64,000 nt of DNA, taken from positions 314,898,001 to 314,962,000 of the forward strand of contig OZ024743.1 of assembly GCA_964016885.1 (NCBI GenBank). The letters are read 5' to 3'. Every line of letters begins with the position of its first letter. Positions within the stretch are counted from its first letter, which is position 1. Under the pieces are notes generated by a model. It did no database searches. It saw only the letters and a program-made list of their open reading frames with translations, and was not told where the DNA came from. Shown here piece by piece: positions 12,746 to 26,936 of the stretch. The translations under genes and the position numbers were made by a program. Source of the DNA: Eledone cirrhosa (Eukaryota).

Positions 12746-15261
12746 TCCGTAAAATGCTACCATTTCAGAATAGAAAACGATTTGCTTTTTATATTGCCTT
12801 CTTTCTCTCTTTCTCTCTCTGTCTCTCTCTTTATTTTTGGAAAAAAGCAGTTGAGACTACACAGAGAACGATGAGCTCCAGCAGGTTTAAATGACTCCGA
12901 TAGAATGGATATAACAGATACACCAACGTTTGTAAACGGGAATGTTAGATCTACAACTAAACAGAACAAATTGAAGTCATTGATTGTACCATTTAAATTC
13001 AGACTTTATTTTATTATGAAAACTTCATCTGAAAAGAAGCTCAAACTTTGTACTACCCATATCTCTGATGATCAAATGAGAGGTAATGTATGGATAATAA
13101 TGAACAATTTCTTTAGAATAGTCTGGTGGGCGAACGCGAAGCCGCTCTATTGTTACGTATACAATAATGGTATTAGCTACAGAATGGGCGGCGTGTCTGT
13201 TGTTTTACATATTATTAGACATATTGAGAATGTGAGGTAGCAGTAATCAGTCGGTCATATTACATCATTATGTTGTAAGCATTCGGATCTGAAATCCGAT
13301 TCCAATATGCCATCCACCCCTTCTTTCCATCCTTCTCAGTCACCCTGAAAATGTGATGGGCATTGCGATTTTCTCGCTGATAAAAAAGTAAAATAATCTC
13401 ACAAGGATTAGGGCTTCTGCTGTTCAATAACCTCACCTATTCCCTCGCCGTATCAGTTCTTCTTCCTTTTTCATTTAATGCTACCATTACAATATTTTTA
13501 GTGAAAATCACTGCATATGATGTTTTAATAATTTTGATAATAACCAAGAATTTAAAAAGAATTAATAATGCGATTATGCTTCTGGGTATTAAGATGGTAT
13601 TTGAAACAACAGAACCACTTATATAGAATTATGTAGGAAACAGTTTCGTATCGTAGATCAAGGAGCTGTCAGAAAAATTTCTGGATCAAATGTTTTAAAT
13701 CGTAATAGGCATATCATCACTTTAGTATCTGGATTCCTTACCTTGTGTCAAATAAATTTGAAAAAAAAAAACCCTTTTAATGTCCATCACCGGGTTTATG
13801 TATTGCTTACCCTACACACACTCTAGTATTTATTCACATATTCACACTGAAACCATGCATATACCATATATGTATTTACTCATATTCTCAGGTGTGCAAT
13901 ATCAATAAATGTAGATTTTTCTGCTGTGTTTTATAAATGCGTATTTTGTTATCTTTTTGCTTTGTTTTACAAAACGCAAAACTAATGAGATACTTTTTAA
14001 GTGGTAAAACCACAATCAAATTGATTGGTCAATCAGGCATTATTGATTATGCAGTCATTGGGTGCAATTATTTTAACGTTGCTATTTATTCTGTTACTTG
14101 TCCATTATATTCTATTGACTTTTTACTGTGGTCTTTTCTGGCAAGTCAATTGCAATAACTGTTTGGATGTTGACCAGTCTTGTTATTATATCTCCAGAGA
14201 GGACGATCTACTCTGTATTTTCCTCATTTTCGTTGATCTTTATTTTTATATAACTACTTATTTAATTATTTATACAAACCTCACAATTAGACGTGAATGG
14301 TTTCTCTTAATTTCTCTATAGACTTCCTTTATGAAAAAATTAATGCATTGAAAGATATTCACCTAAAACAAATATGTAAACTGCCATCGGACAGACTTCT
14401 ACTCTTACTTAGCAATAAGGATAAAGGTTCAGAAACAGCTGTCCGATATTCTCACGCCCTATTTAGATAGCTGTTATAAAATCATAAACCAAATCATTCA
14501 TTGTGAGACTCTAGTATATTTGTTATATAGGAGTAGAATAGACTTGAATATTACCATTACACATGAAAATGACTATTCTATTCTTACATCTGAGACGATT
14601 ATTGTCATACAATGGAGGATAGCACTGAAAATATATATTTTACTTATATTAGGGTATATCTGATAAAAATTCCAAGTCTATAGCAAGATTCAAGTACGAT
14701 ATCTTGTGCTAAACATATGTCAGTTGATATAATAGCTACCATTGTGTTTACGTATCAAAGATGACGTTAAGATCTATTATATTTATCTCAATCTATCTAT
14801 ACTATTTGCCCCAGTCTTACAAAGTGTCGATAGTAGAATTCAAGGGTGCTTTCTCTGTAAGTGATCATTAAATATATTAAGGGTTCTGTTATTTTGTGTG
14901 TAGCGTTATGGATTTTGCTAACACATGTCAGTGAAAGTATGAGGTTGAGTGCTAATGTATCATTCTCTTAGTAAAGCTTATTTAACCCTAGGTATTACTA
15001 GAGTGAGCAGGTTGAGCCATCATTAACAATGGGAAGCAGCAAATGGGAAGCCGATGGTTAAGATTGAGAGAGAAATATGTATGGCATTTGGCCAATGTCA
15101 ATCAAATCACCTACGTGAAGGAGTATGCTAAAAAACCTCACCTCTTGCATTCATTTACAGATACAGATGATTGTCCTGGAAATTACCTATAAGAAGACAA
15201 TTATGATTTACTGTTCTGTATCTTTGTAACATGATGAAAGCTATAGCCAATTTTGTGAAAG

Positions 15262-15287
15262 ATATATAGATAGATAGGTAGATATAT

Positions 15288-15320
<33 letters not shown>

Positions 15321-15340
15321 AAATAGATAGATAGATAGAT
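15262..15340. repeat. (GATA)n microsatellite at the 3' junction of the Tx1 element
   Basis: Direct inspection. Confidence 0.95.
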
Positions 15341-17920
15341 ATGTTTCTTTTATTTGCCACCAGGGCATCAAAAGTGGGACAAGTACAATGGGGGGAGTTT
15401 ACAAAACAAGGCGTCCTCAATAAGGAGGAGGCAATAACAATATATAAAAATAAAATAAAATATAACAAAAAATAAAATTTATAACAAAGTCCTCAATAGA
15501 GAGGAGGCGCCTTGGGGGGTCGCACACACCCCCGAAAAAAGTGTGCAACCCTTCTCTTCAGGAGCACAGAGAAGGGGTGCTCCCTTGGTCTTTCATCTTC
15601 CTCACCTATAGTCTGATGTAGAGTGAAGGCCCATTCACACGGGCCATTCTCGCCACTTTCACCCATCTTTCATAGAAACGGCTGGGGTGCAGCACCTCTC
15701 TCTCCATCCTGATCCTTCTTCCGAAATGATATCGGAAGAAACGGACCAGTTGTTGGCCAGAGAGAAAGGTGCCTGACCTCAGTCCTTTCAGACGCGTCCA
15801 CCATACAACCTCTTTCGCCATGGCTATTACGCGCAGAAACACCGCCTCTGCTTCATCTTTGAAGGGGGGAGGCGGCTTGATTATTACAATAGACTCGGTG
15901 GTCAACCGGATCGGTCCCACCCTTGACAGCAGTTGTTCGACATAGCCCCACAGATCGGCTACGCCCGAGCAGTGTACCAATGCGTGTGCAACGGTTTCCT
16001 CGTCGCACACGCATCTGGGACAGATCTTTTTGGCGGGGTCCCTACCCGGGCGCCCGTATGTGTAGAGCCTTTCTCGAACGGGTAAAGCTCCTCGGTAGCA
16101 CTGCCAGGCCAGGGACTTCTGGAAGTTGTCCATAGGTCCCGGGCTGAATGTCCTACCGAACAGGCCGGCCAGTTCGTCCTCCTCTATGTCTAGGGCTTCT
16201 CCGAGGGCGTCGTCGCACCTGCTGCGTACCAGCCCTCTATAGAATGTTGCGGTGGAGTCTCCACTGATAACCGGATCCGCCTGCCAGAGGGCGGCGAGCG
16301 CCTGGGCACACTCAGTGTGCCAGGCGCCCAGTTTTCTCGGTCTTTGCTTGACCCAGGATTGCAGCTCGGTGAGTGAGACGAGTCTGGGAAAGGTTCGTCT
16401 CACAAACGAGGCCCACACCGGTTGTCCCGTGAGGAATACGTAGAGGTGCCGTAGCCTTAATGCGTGTTTACGCATCATTAGCCACGGCATCCCCAGCCCT
16501 CCTTTCGAAGGGTGTTGACAGCAGATGGATCTCCTCACCATAGGAGCCCGCCTCTTCCAAAGGAATTGGAAGAGCGCGCGGCGCTCCATCTTGGTGAGGG
16601 TTTCCCTTGGGCAGGGCACTATGGTCAGGCGGTAGTAGATGACGGACGCTATGTAGGTGTTCGCCACCTCCGCCCGACCTTTCAGGGATAGTTTGCAACT
16701 GGCCCACTTCTGGGTCAGTGCAAACACCCTGTTCGTAACCTCCGCCCAGTTTTTCTCCACCTGGAGGTCCGGTCCGAACCAGACCCCGAGCAACTTCACC
16801 GGGCCCTCCGTCCAGCGTCCGACGACGCCATCGGAGGGCATCGGTCTTCCCCTCCACGTGCCGAGTTGCAAACCGATCGACTTGTCCCGGTTCAGCTTAG
16901 CCCCTGTGAACTTTTCGTACTCCTCCAGTAAGGTGCCGACCGCCTCGATTTCGGAGGCCGTCGACACCATTACTGTCACGTCATCGGCGTAAGCCGACAC
17001 CGCTCTCCGCAATCCCGGTTCCAAAGGGATGCCCTGCAACAACTCCAACTTCCGCAGTAGTGGCTCGAGAGTCAACACATACAGAAGGGAGGAGAGAGGG
17101 CACCCTTGTCGGATGGACCGCGCGATTTTGAACGGCTCCGAGAGGTAGCCGTTCACCTTGACTCTAGAGCAGATGCGGCTGCTGTGCATAGTAGTGATCC
17201 AGCCCCTGAAAACGGGTCCGAAGCCTGCCGCCGCTAGCACCGCATCCAGGTAACCATGGTCGACCCTATCGAACGCCTTAGATTGATCCAAGTTAATCAG
17301 AGCCCCACCAAAGCCGGGTTCGTTCCCAACCCTCTCTATGATGTATCGCATGAGGTGGAGGTTGTCATGGATGGACCTGGACGGGATAGCGCATGTCTGC
17401 GCATCTCCCACCAGGTTGCCCACGACAAGCGCCAACCTCTTTGCTAGCACCTTGGCCAAAATCTGTAACTCTGTATTTAGCAGAGTTATGGGCCTGAAGT
17501 TACTTATTTCGTCCCCCTTGTTCTCGTCCTTCCTCACTAGCGTGACTACGCCCTTGGTCACAGTACAGGGAATTCTCCCGTTCTGTTGCCAGTTGCAGTA
17601 GACCGCCTCGAGGAGATCGGGGAACAAGTCCGGCATAGTTAGATATAATTCGTAAGGAAGACCATCGAGACCCGGGGATTTGCGTTTGCCGCATTGGCTC
17701 AGCACGTCCTCTTTCTCAGCGGCCGAAATCGGCTCCTCGCAGGACTTCGCCTCCCTGTCCGAGAGGCGCGGCAGGCCGTCGAGGTATGGACCGAAGTTCA
17801 CGTTCCCAACCGGCTCCCCGCCCCTCCCGAACAGTCGAGCAAAGTGCCTTTGAAAGGCCTCACACATCTGCTTAGGCTCAAGAATCGCCCGTCCATCCAG
17901 GTCTCGCAAAGACCGGATGG
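15341..17920 (-). mobile_element. 5'-truncated Tx1/L1-type LINE with uninterrupted RT and C-terminal cysteine motif
   Basis: ORF 15606-17999: KSPGLDGLP, FRPITLLN, LDQSKAFDRV, IRQGCPLS, YADD and CPRC..ETVAHALVHC. 3' UTR 15341-15605; (GATA)n on both sides. Confidence 0.95.
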
Positions 17921-17922
17921 TG

Positions 17923-17969
<47 letters not shown>

Positions 17970-17999
17970 CAAGCGGGCGGGTATCAGAGTATGATGCAT
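15606..17999 (-). CDS. LINE ORF2 reverse transcriptase (endonuclease domain absent; first ~26 aa come from flank and microsatellite)
   Basis: 797-aa ORF with canonical non-LTR RT motifs. Confidence 0.85.
17921..17969. repeat. (GATA)n microsatellite at the 5' junction of the Tx1 element
   Basis: Direct inspection. Confidence 0.95.
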
Positions 18000-18857
18000 T
18001 AACGACAGTAATTGATTGGAATTTTGTTATCGACTCCCTAATATTACCATAAGCACAGAACACCGGAATCAAATCTTACCGGGCATTCTAACATGCATGA
18101 GCCTTGTAACTCTTTCTTCCGACGCATGGGTGTGTTAGTGATACACAACATGTCTCGGCTATTTAAACGCTGTTGATCCCATTCCACTCCAGGTGTGTAC
18201 TCAGTATGAAAATGGAAGAAAGAGGTATAGGAGAAGAATCTACCACAGTATTGGACTGGTACTTTATTTATTGACTTCTAAAATTTAAAAGGAAAATCTG
18301 AGCCGCGTCCCTGAAAGCATTACTTTTGCATTTTATGTTAGGTTGTTTAATCCATTTATCCTTTGGTTGCAATGAAACCTTGTTTACTCTGATTTCCTAT
18401 TCAGAATTTCTTCACCTACCCTGAAAATATTTCAATACAGCCAGTATTGTCTGTATGACACGATGTATGCATATGTTTGTTTCTATGTCTGTGTGTGTTT
18501 TGTAGTGTCTCCCTGTATTTACATATGATCTTATGTATTTCTGTGCGTATGCATTTCTATATGTTTACATTTATTTATGTATGTATGAAATTAAGCATAC
18601 ATGCATCGATTTATGTATGTAAATATGTATTTATGTATGTGTGCATGTATGTGTTCTTGTATACATGCTTGTGAATATATATGTATGAATGCATTCCTGA
18701 ATATATGTATTCAAGAATGCATTCATGTTTTTTCTGGTTATGATTTATGTTTCATTAAATTCTCACCAAAACAAGGAAATATCGGGAATAACCGGTTTCT
18801 AGGTCAGAAACAAAACTGTTTCATTGGAATTCAGATATCAACTAGGTCATTATTTGT

Positions 18858-18913
<56 letters not shown>

Positions 18914-19536
18914 TTGGTACGTTTTTAGTTATATGTGCGCGTATTCATGTTTCCATATCTATATGTGTGTATATATACACTTATTGCATGCTAATTTTCT
19001 AAAATGTTATATAATTTTACCGTTTTATTAATGTATTGTTCTAATAATTTCCTAAATAGCTGCGCTATTACTGCTTCTGTGACTCCCGGGTTCTCATGAA
19101 TTAGGCTAAGACACTTAACATATACAATTGCCTCAGATCTTAATCAAAAGCATACATACCATTTTCTCATTAATTCAGTATAAATATTTTCCTTTTCTCT
19201 AATCTTGAACATCTGCTGGGAAGTTGATTTCTAGTAATCTGCGTACTTTCATTTCTCTACCGTTGTGTCTGCTCTGTTATGTTTACATTTTACTTGGGAA
19301 CTGGAACGTTCTACACGTACTCATTCATATTATGTGTGCCTGCACCCTCAACATCACTGTGATTTTTTATATGTTTATCTTCAGAACTACCCCTTCTACG
19401 AATGAGATTGTATATTTATGTATGCATTTAAAGAGAAAGAGAGAGAAAGAAAAAGCAAGAGAGAAAGAGAGAGAACGAGAGAGGTGATTATGAAAATATA
19501 TATATGTTTCGCCTCTATTATGTTTAAGCGCAATTT

Positions 19537-19724
19537 ACGGCGGTGGATTGGCAGTATCGGTAGGGGGTCGGACGCCATTCTTTGACGCATAGAGTTACGG
19601 CCCTTGCCATTCTGAGTTCAAATCCCGCCGAGGTTAACTTTGCCTTTCATCCTTACGGGGTCGATAAAATAAAGTACCAGTAATACACTGGTAATTGCTA
19701 GCCTTGTGCCAAAAGTAGAAACAA
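19537..19724 (+). mobile_element. Full-length tRNA-derived SINE with target-site duplication (TSD) ATTATGTTTAAGCGCAAT
   Basis: GGCGGTGGATTGGCAGTATCGG...GTAGAAACA flanked by direct repeats at about 19517 and 19724. Confidence 0.92.
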
Positions 19725-20339
19725 TTATGTTTAAGCGCAATAGTATTGCTACTGCCAATTATATATATATTTGTGTGTGTGTGAGAGTGTTTGTCTGTGA
19801 GAGCATGTGTGAGTGTGCGTGTGTGTGTGTGTGTGTTTGTGTGTGTAACGTATGTGAGCATGTATATGTACTTATATATGTGTATATATATATATATACA
19901 GAAGTATTTTAATTCAGATGGTAACGAATGTATTTAATGTTTTTTAAAACGAAAATGATCAATCTGTTATAATATATATATCTGATTCAACAGAATAATC
20001 AACTCAAAGGATAATCAGATTTATATGTAGAATAGTTGTAATAATAATATCTTTAGTGACTCTTTTTTATAAAACTATTTATAATTATAGTTTAATAGTC
20101 TAATCGTAAATTATTTTATACGCTATATAACCTATCTTTTTATAAATACGTGATTTATTGGTGTTTCTGATGGACACCAACACGTACTAAGTTGAAGACA
20201 CACATACAATAGAGTTAATATATTTTGTATTAAACATCCCATTACCAGGTTTCTAAGAAATTACAATGCCTATATTGTTTTATTAATTTTGAATATATTC
20301 AAAAATTTAGAGGAATTTAAAACCGTCCTATCAATTACG

Positions 20340-20462
20340 TTGTGAGTTTAAATCTCAAGGGGTCAATAAAATAAAGTATCAGTAATGCACTCGGGTCGAT
20401 TTAATCGACGACTTTCCCCTACCCTCAAATTGCTACCCTTGTGCCTGCTGCAGAAACTATTA
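20340..20462 (+). mobile_element. Diverged SINE fragment
   Basis: GGGGTCAATAAAATAAAGTATCAGTAATGCAC...CCTTGTGCC. Confidence 0.7.
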
Positions 20463-21174
20463 TTAAATTAATGTTTGTACCTAAATTTATATTTAGGATA
20501 AATATAATGCTTATGCTAAAGAAATATATATATTAAAATATTTATGTTTTCCTAAAATCCTTCCATCGTAATTTTCTGTAAGAACTACTTGATAAAAGAT
20601 AAATAATTCTAAGTACCTCTATATTCTTGAGCGTTATAGTAACCAAGTAAGGGCAATGTCCTTTATTTGAAACGAAGCGAAAGAAGGATTAAAGTGCGAA
20701 TGAAGTTTGCTTTCAGAAACTAATGAAAGTACTTCAGAAACGGATAACCTAACAATGGAATGTCAGTACTTTGCTGGGTATTTTCACTTAAATTATCTCT
20801 AAACAATGAATGATTTTAATATCTAGAGTGTTCGGTATACGCAAGTAAGGGCCATTCTCGAGTTGTAATCCTAAGCTGTGATCCTAAGGCCGGTGTTGTC
20901 AAATATTGCGTCACGAAGAAACTCTTTGAGAATTTAGAAAATTGTGTATGTGTACACGTGTATGTGTAATGATCTGCCACGTGCACGCTAAATTCACGAG
21001 CAAGGTGTTTCATTTAACAGAATACAAAGAAGAATAAAATGAAATGCTTTATATGAAAATGTGATCATGGCAAATAGAGAAAAGCAAGCATCAATATCAC
21101 CTTAAAAATTATAAAAAAAAAAACATATGATGGAAGGCGTTACTCCACCTTATGCACTATTATTATTTGACGAT

Positions 21175-21356
21175 GGCATTGGCAGTATCGGTAGAGGGTC
21201 GGACGCCATGCTTTCCAGCATAGTTACGTCCCTTTACGATCTGAGTTCAAATTCCGCCGAGGTTGACTTTGCCTTTCATCCTTACGGGGTCGATAAAATA
21301 AAGTACCAGTAGTGCACTGGGTTATTTGCTGGCCTTGTGCCTAAAGTAGAAACAAT
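21175..21356 (+). mobile_element. tRNA-derived SINE with TSD ATTATTTGACGATG
   Basis: SINE consensus; direct repeat on both sides. Confidence 0.9.
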
Positions 21357-21700
21357 TATTTGACGATGCGAATGAGTATTCCTGGCATTTAAGTGAATAT
21401 TTCAAATATCACAAATTGCCAGACTGTTACTGGTATTTGTTTTGTTTGTTTATTCTTGATGTTGTCTCTACTACATGTTACAGGCTTTCAATCGTTTTAA
21501 TTCATAAATGTGATTTTAAGTTGTGAAAGGGTTTAGCAGAGTGTATAATTGGCATTTCATCTGGCATTTTACAGCGAAATAGTGAAAACAAATATTTGTA
21601 TATATACTCGTTTGTACACAGACACGTATATAAGTATAAATATATATATGTATATATGTGTGTGTGTGTGTGTATATGTATGTATATATATATATAAGCA

Positions 21701-21747
<47 letters not shown>

Positions 21748-22242
21748 AATATCAATATTCTGCTGCTGATATAAAAGTCAACAATAGTGTCCTTTCATTA
21801 ATAATTTTGAAATACCAACATCGATTTTGCCACAAAACAAAAATTCAAACGTTCAAGTCGCATTCTAACGAATATCCTCACTTTTTTTGCAAGCCATGTA
21901 ATTATATATTTTCACCATTTCCGTAAAATTGATTGTAGTTTTCTGCATCATTTCATGTATTTTGTTTTTTTATTTTTTCTATCTTCTTAGAAGACGAAAC
22001 AAATATGATATTTTAAATTTAGATTCGCTTATTATTACAAATGTTTCATCCACACACACACATGAAATCATGCGCACATACACACACTCACGCACGGACA
22101 CACACGAACGTACACATCCGTATGTAGTTAACGGATGAGAGAACAGAGGACTCAATAATGAAGTAGAGTTTAAATATTCATTTATTATGACTTGTTACTC
22201 CGCCTGCTTGCTCGGAGGTTTATCAGCCTTAAACGTATATTT

Positions 22243-22310
<68 letters not shown>

Positions 22311-22936
22311 GATTGTGTGTGTGTGTGTGTGTGTCTGTGTGCGTGTGTGTGTGTGTAAGTTCTTACTATGTTGTCATGTGTTTCGTCATGGTGAGAACCT
22401 ACCCTGGAGAGTTACTGTCTTTGTAAAAGGGGCCGAAGACGTGGGCATTCCCCATAACAATACGACAATTATAATATATACGCGACCTCGCTGGATTTCG
22501 CATTACTTTTTAATCAGTAGGGGAATAGTAGTCATATTCATTACCAAATATGGTATTGACATACAAAAGTTCGTAAGAAGACGAGAAGTTATGCTTAAAC
22601 AAAACACATGAAAAGAAGTTAGATGAGCCTGATTTAATACTGCATCGACGGTTAGAATTCTCCTTGTGAGGCGGAGTTATGATGTGGAGGTAGATGGTGG
22701 TTTTATATAAAAATATAAAATGTTGTTACTTGTGAGCCATGGAGAAATTGTTAGCTGCAATATATGACTTCCCCTTTACCGATGGAAGCCGTGTTTATGT
22801 ATATGAAAGAGCTTCACGTTACAATAAATAACTCCGTGAAAATTACGATGACTAGCCGACATGGAAGACGCCGAATATTCTCACATCTTGTGGTATCATG
22901 TCAGGTCAGGCCGCCGAACTAATCTTAGAAATGTTG

Positions 22937-23105
<169 letters not shown>

Positions 23106-23303
23106 GTTTGCCTGTCTCGATTTGAAATAATAAATCTAGCTAACTTGGTCATTTACAATACAAACGGTTATATGTTTATATTAGTCTTTATCATATATTA
23201 ACTTGTATTTCACGGCTCAGAAGTGCTTCTTTCTTTGAGCTAATTAATTGTAAAAGACTGTTTGAGTTTATAACTTTAAATATAATATATATATATATAT
23301 ATA

Positions 23304-23591
23304 TACAATATTAAATAAATGGAAAACTATATTTATAAAACCATATCTATTTCATTATATATATTTCGGGGATATCATATTAACAATATGCTATGCCTTC
23401 ATCAGACAAAATACAATATAAACAGTTTTATAGATAAATAGATTCGACATACCGTAATAAACACCGACTTCATTTATATTGTATTTTGTCTGATGAAGGC
23501 ATAGCATATTGTTAATATGATATCCCCGAAATATATATAATGAAATAGATATGGTTTTATAAATATAGTTTTCCATTTATTTAATATTGTA
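23304..23591. repeat. Inverted repeat with 119-bp arms (23304-23422 / 23473-23591) and a 50-bp spacer; Penelope pLTR-like
   Basis: Arms read as exact reverse complements; each carries a hammerhead motif. Confidence 0.9.
23482..23547 (+). ncRNA. Type I hammerhead ribozyme motif (mirror copy on minus strand at about 23348-23413)
   Basis: TATTTTGT-CTGATGA-AGGCATAGCATATT/GTT/AATATGATATCCCC-GAAA-TATATA-TA-ATGAAATA. Confidence 0.7.
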
Positions 23592-23675
23592 AATATACTC
23601 CAAATATTTGTCGAGTGCTTTTATATCAGTTATAAATATTTACTAGTTGTAACCCAACAATTCTAAATATAACTT

Positions 23676-24850
<1,175 letters not shown>

Positions 24851-26140
24851 GGAACAAGTATGACTGCGACGGCAGAACTCAAGCCGTTTCAACGGCTATT
24901 TCTGTACTAAATAAGAATTTTTAGCCCGGTAAATAAATATCCGAACTTCTCAGGGGGTATTACCTTATATGGGAAGATAGTAATTGTCAAGAGAATTGGT
25001 GAAAAATTTGTTGTAAAGACAGATCATGACATTTGGTGGAAGGTTGGGGTGGCTGAACTTGCCGGTAGAACAAAGAGGGAGTGGGGGAAAACCCAGTGAA
25101 GCGTTGAAATTGAAATCAATACGGCAGATTCTAAGGATAGTGTATACAAGGTCGAAAAAAGTGTACTAGAGAAGAGGAGAGGGGGTTGAAAGAATAGGTA
25201 AATCGAAAGGGATTAAAGAAAAAAAAACAATATAAAAATTCAGGAAATATATATATAAAAACGATTTCTGGTTACTGCTCCATTTCTGCAATCACCAAAT
25301 TGCTCATTGGTATTGCTAACCTATAGAAAAGTTTAATAGGTGGAGAATGGGAAAAAAACTAAATACGAGATTGTAGTGAAATAATTTTATAAAGCCGGCT
25401 TTACTGCGGGTCTAACACTGCTGCTATAGATAGTTAATCATCAGCCAATGCTATCTTACAATGACAAGTTAATAAGTTGAGAACAAAAATACTAAAATAC
25501 TATTACAAAATATTAATACTAATACAAAAATACTAATACAAAAATCCCAATACAAAAATACCACTAAGTAATTTAGAAACCATAGAAATGGAGCAGCAAC
25601 CAAAAAGCAAAAGACTTACTGGGGTCTAACACATCTGCTATAAAAAGCGCAATCGGCCAATTCTATCTTAACATTAGGGGGGAGGGGGTACTGAGGCTAC
25701 AGAGGACCGATGGGCCGCATCGGGGTAGGCCAAAGGTGAAAAAAAAGAGACGAGGAAGGAGATCTGGGGTGGAAGACCAAGGAAGAAGGAAACATAGAGG
25801 AAAAGAAAAAAAAGTTACGTCTACATTTGTAAGCAGTGGTTACCCCTTACAAAATCGGCAAGTGGGGTATCAGCCCTTGTCTACCCCCATGCCCCCCCCC
25901 CCATCCCCCGGGTCATTATGGGGTTTGAGGGCGAGGTAAGTCATACGACGCAATCTGTGTTTGCATGCGGTTACCAGTTCGTCTTGTTTAGGAGTTGGTC
26001 TCCGAAAACAGCATTTGTAGTATTTCCTCCGAGCATAAGTTACACGACTGGCGTCCTCTCGTGTAAGAGTTAGCTGCGGACAGTAACCTCCAAGTGAGAT
26101 TGTAGGTTATATAATTTTTTTGAGATCCCACATCTGGCCC
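24851..26140 (-). mobile_element. Penelope-like element 3' remnant (GIY-YIG C-terminus and pLTR with a degenerate hammerhead at about 24880-24955)
   Basis: YNLTWRLLSAANSYTRGRQSCNLCSEE..NKTNELVTACKH parallels YDLTWSVLKRATPY..CRLCSQE..NKRQELIISCNH of ORF 35981-36505. Confidence 0.7.
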
Positions 26141-26232
26141 AAAAGTGTAGTGGCATGTCGTCAGGCGGGGTTTCGGAAAGTATGTCGGTGTTGGTAACTT
26201 TGTGACTTCAAGACCCGGCTCTACCGACACAA

Positions 26233-26279
<47 letters not shown>

Positions 26280-26402
26280 ATATAAATGTAATATGAGTTT
26301 TTCGAATATTAATAATAACATTCGATTCGTTTGCAATTATGCAAACAAGCCTCAATTTTATAGCCATGTCATTAGAATGAACCCTTCATTATTGGTCTTC
26401 TG

Positions 26403-26482
26403 TTGGCATGTGAACAGAACTGCAGACACTAATGTTTCTGGGTATCACCCTTCATCAGTACAGCTCTCTGTTCACCTGCCAA
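26403..26482 (-). ncRNA. Canonical type I hammerhead ribozyme with a long stem I
   Basis: Minus strand: TTGGCAGGTGAACAGAGAGCTGTA-CTGATGA-AGGGT/GAT/ACCCA-GAAAC-A/TTAG/T-GTC-TGCAGTTCTGTTCACATGCCAA; GUC cleavage triplet. Confidence 0.8.
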
Positions 26483-26936
26483 ACTGTCAGAGCTAGTGAA
26501 AATATATGCTATTTTCAAAAATGCACACTGATCGATCGGTCTGATTTGCAGACTGGCTGATCAGTCAGATCTGCATATTAGCAGATCCATTGATCAGCCA
26601 GATTTGCATTAATCAGACACATATATACGCACACACATATGCACACATACATATACACACGTACACACATATCTGAACACGTACATACATATTATATAAA
26701 AACACATCTATACATACATATATGTACACACATCAACTCAAGTGTTTAAGTTCAGATATACATTGGTGCGGGGAAGGGGGAATTAATGAAATGCTATTGG
26801 ACCTCTGAAGGTTTTTCTTCTCTTCAGCGATCGAATGCTTGAAAGTACGGGTGTCATCCACTATTTTTCTTTTTCAATATGAGATTCTTTTAAAGAAAAG
26901 ATAGGGGGAGAATCCCCTCACTCGAAGATGGAATAT

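Noticed and set aside
12215-14321. Short AT-rich ORFs upstream of the M48-like gene
   Set aside because: No recognisable motifs; lengths are compatible with chance in AT-rich DNA.
19537-19630. tRNA-like A and B boxes
   Set aside because: These are SINE heads followed by the SINE core and tail; no complete cloverleaf, so no tRNA genes were called.
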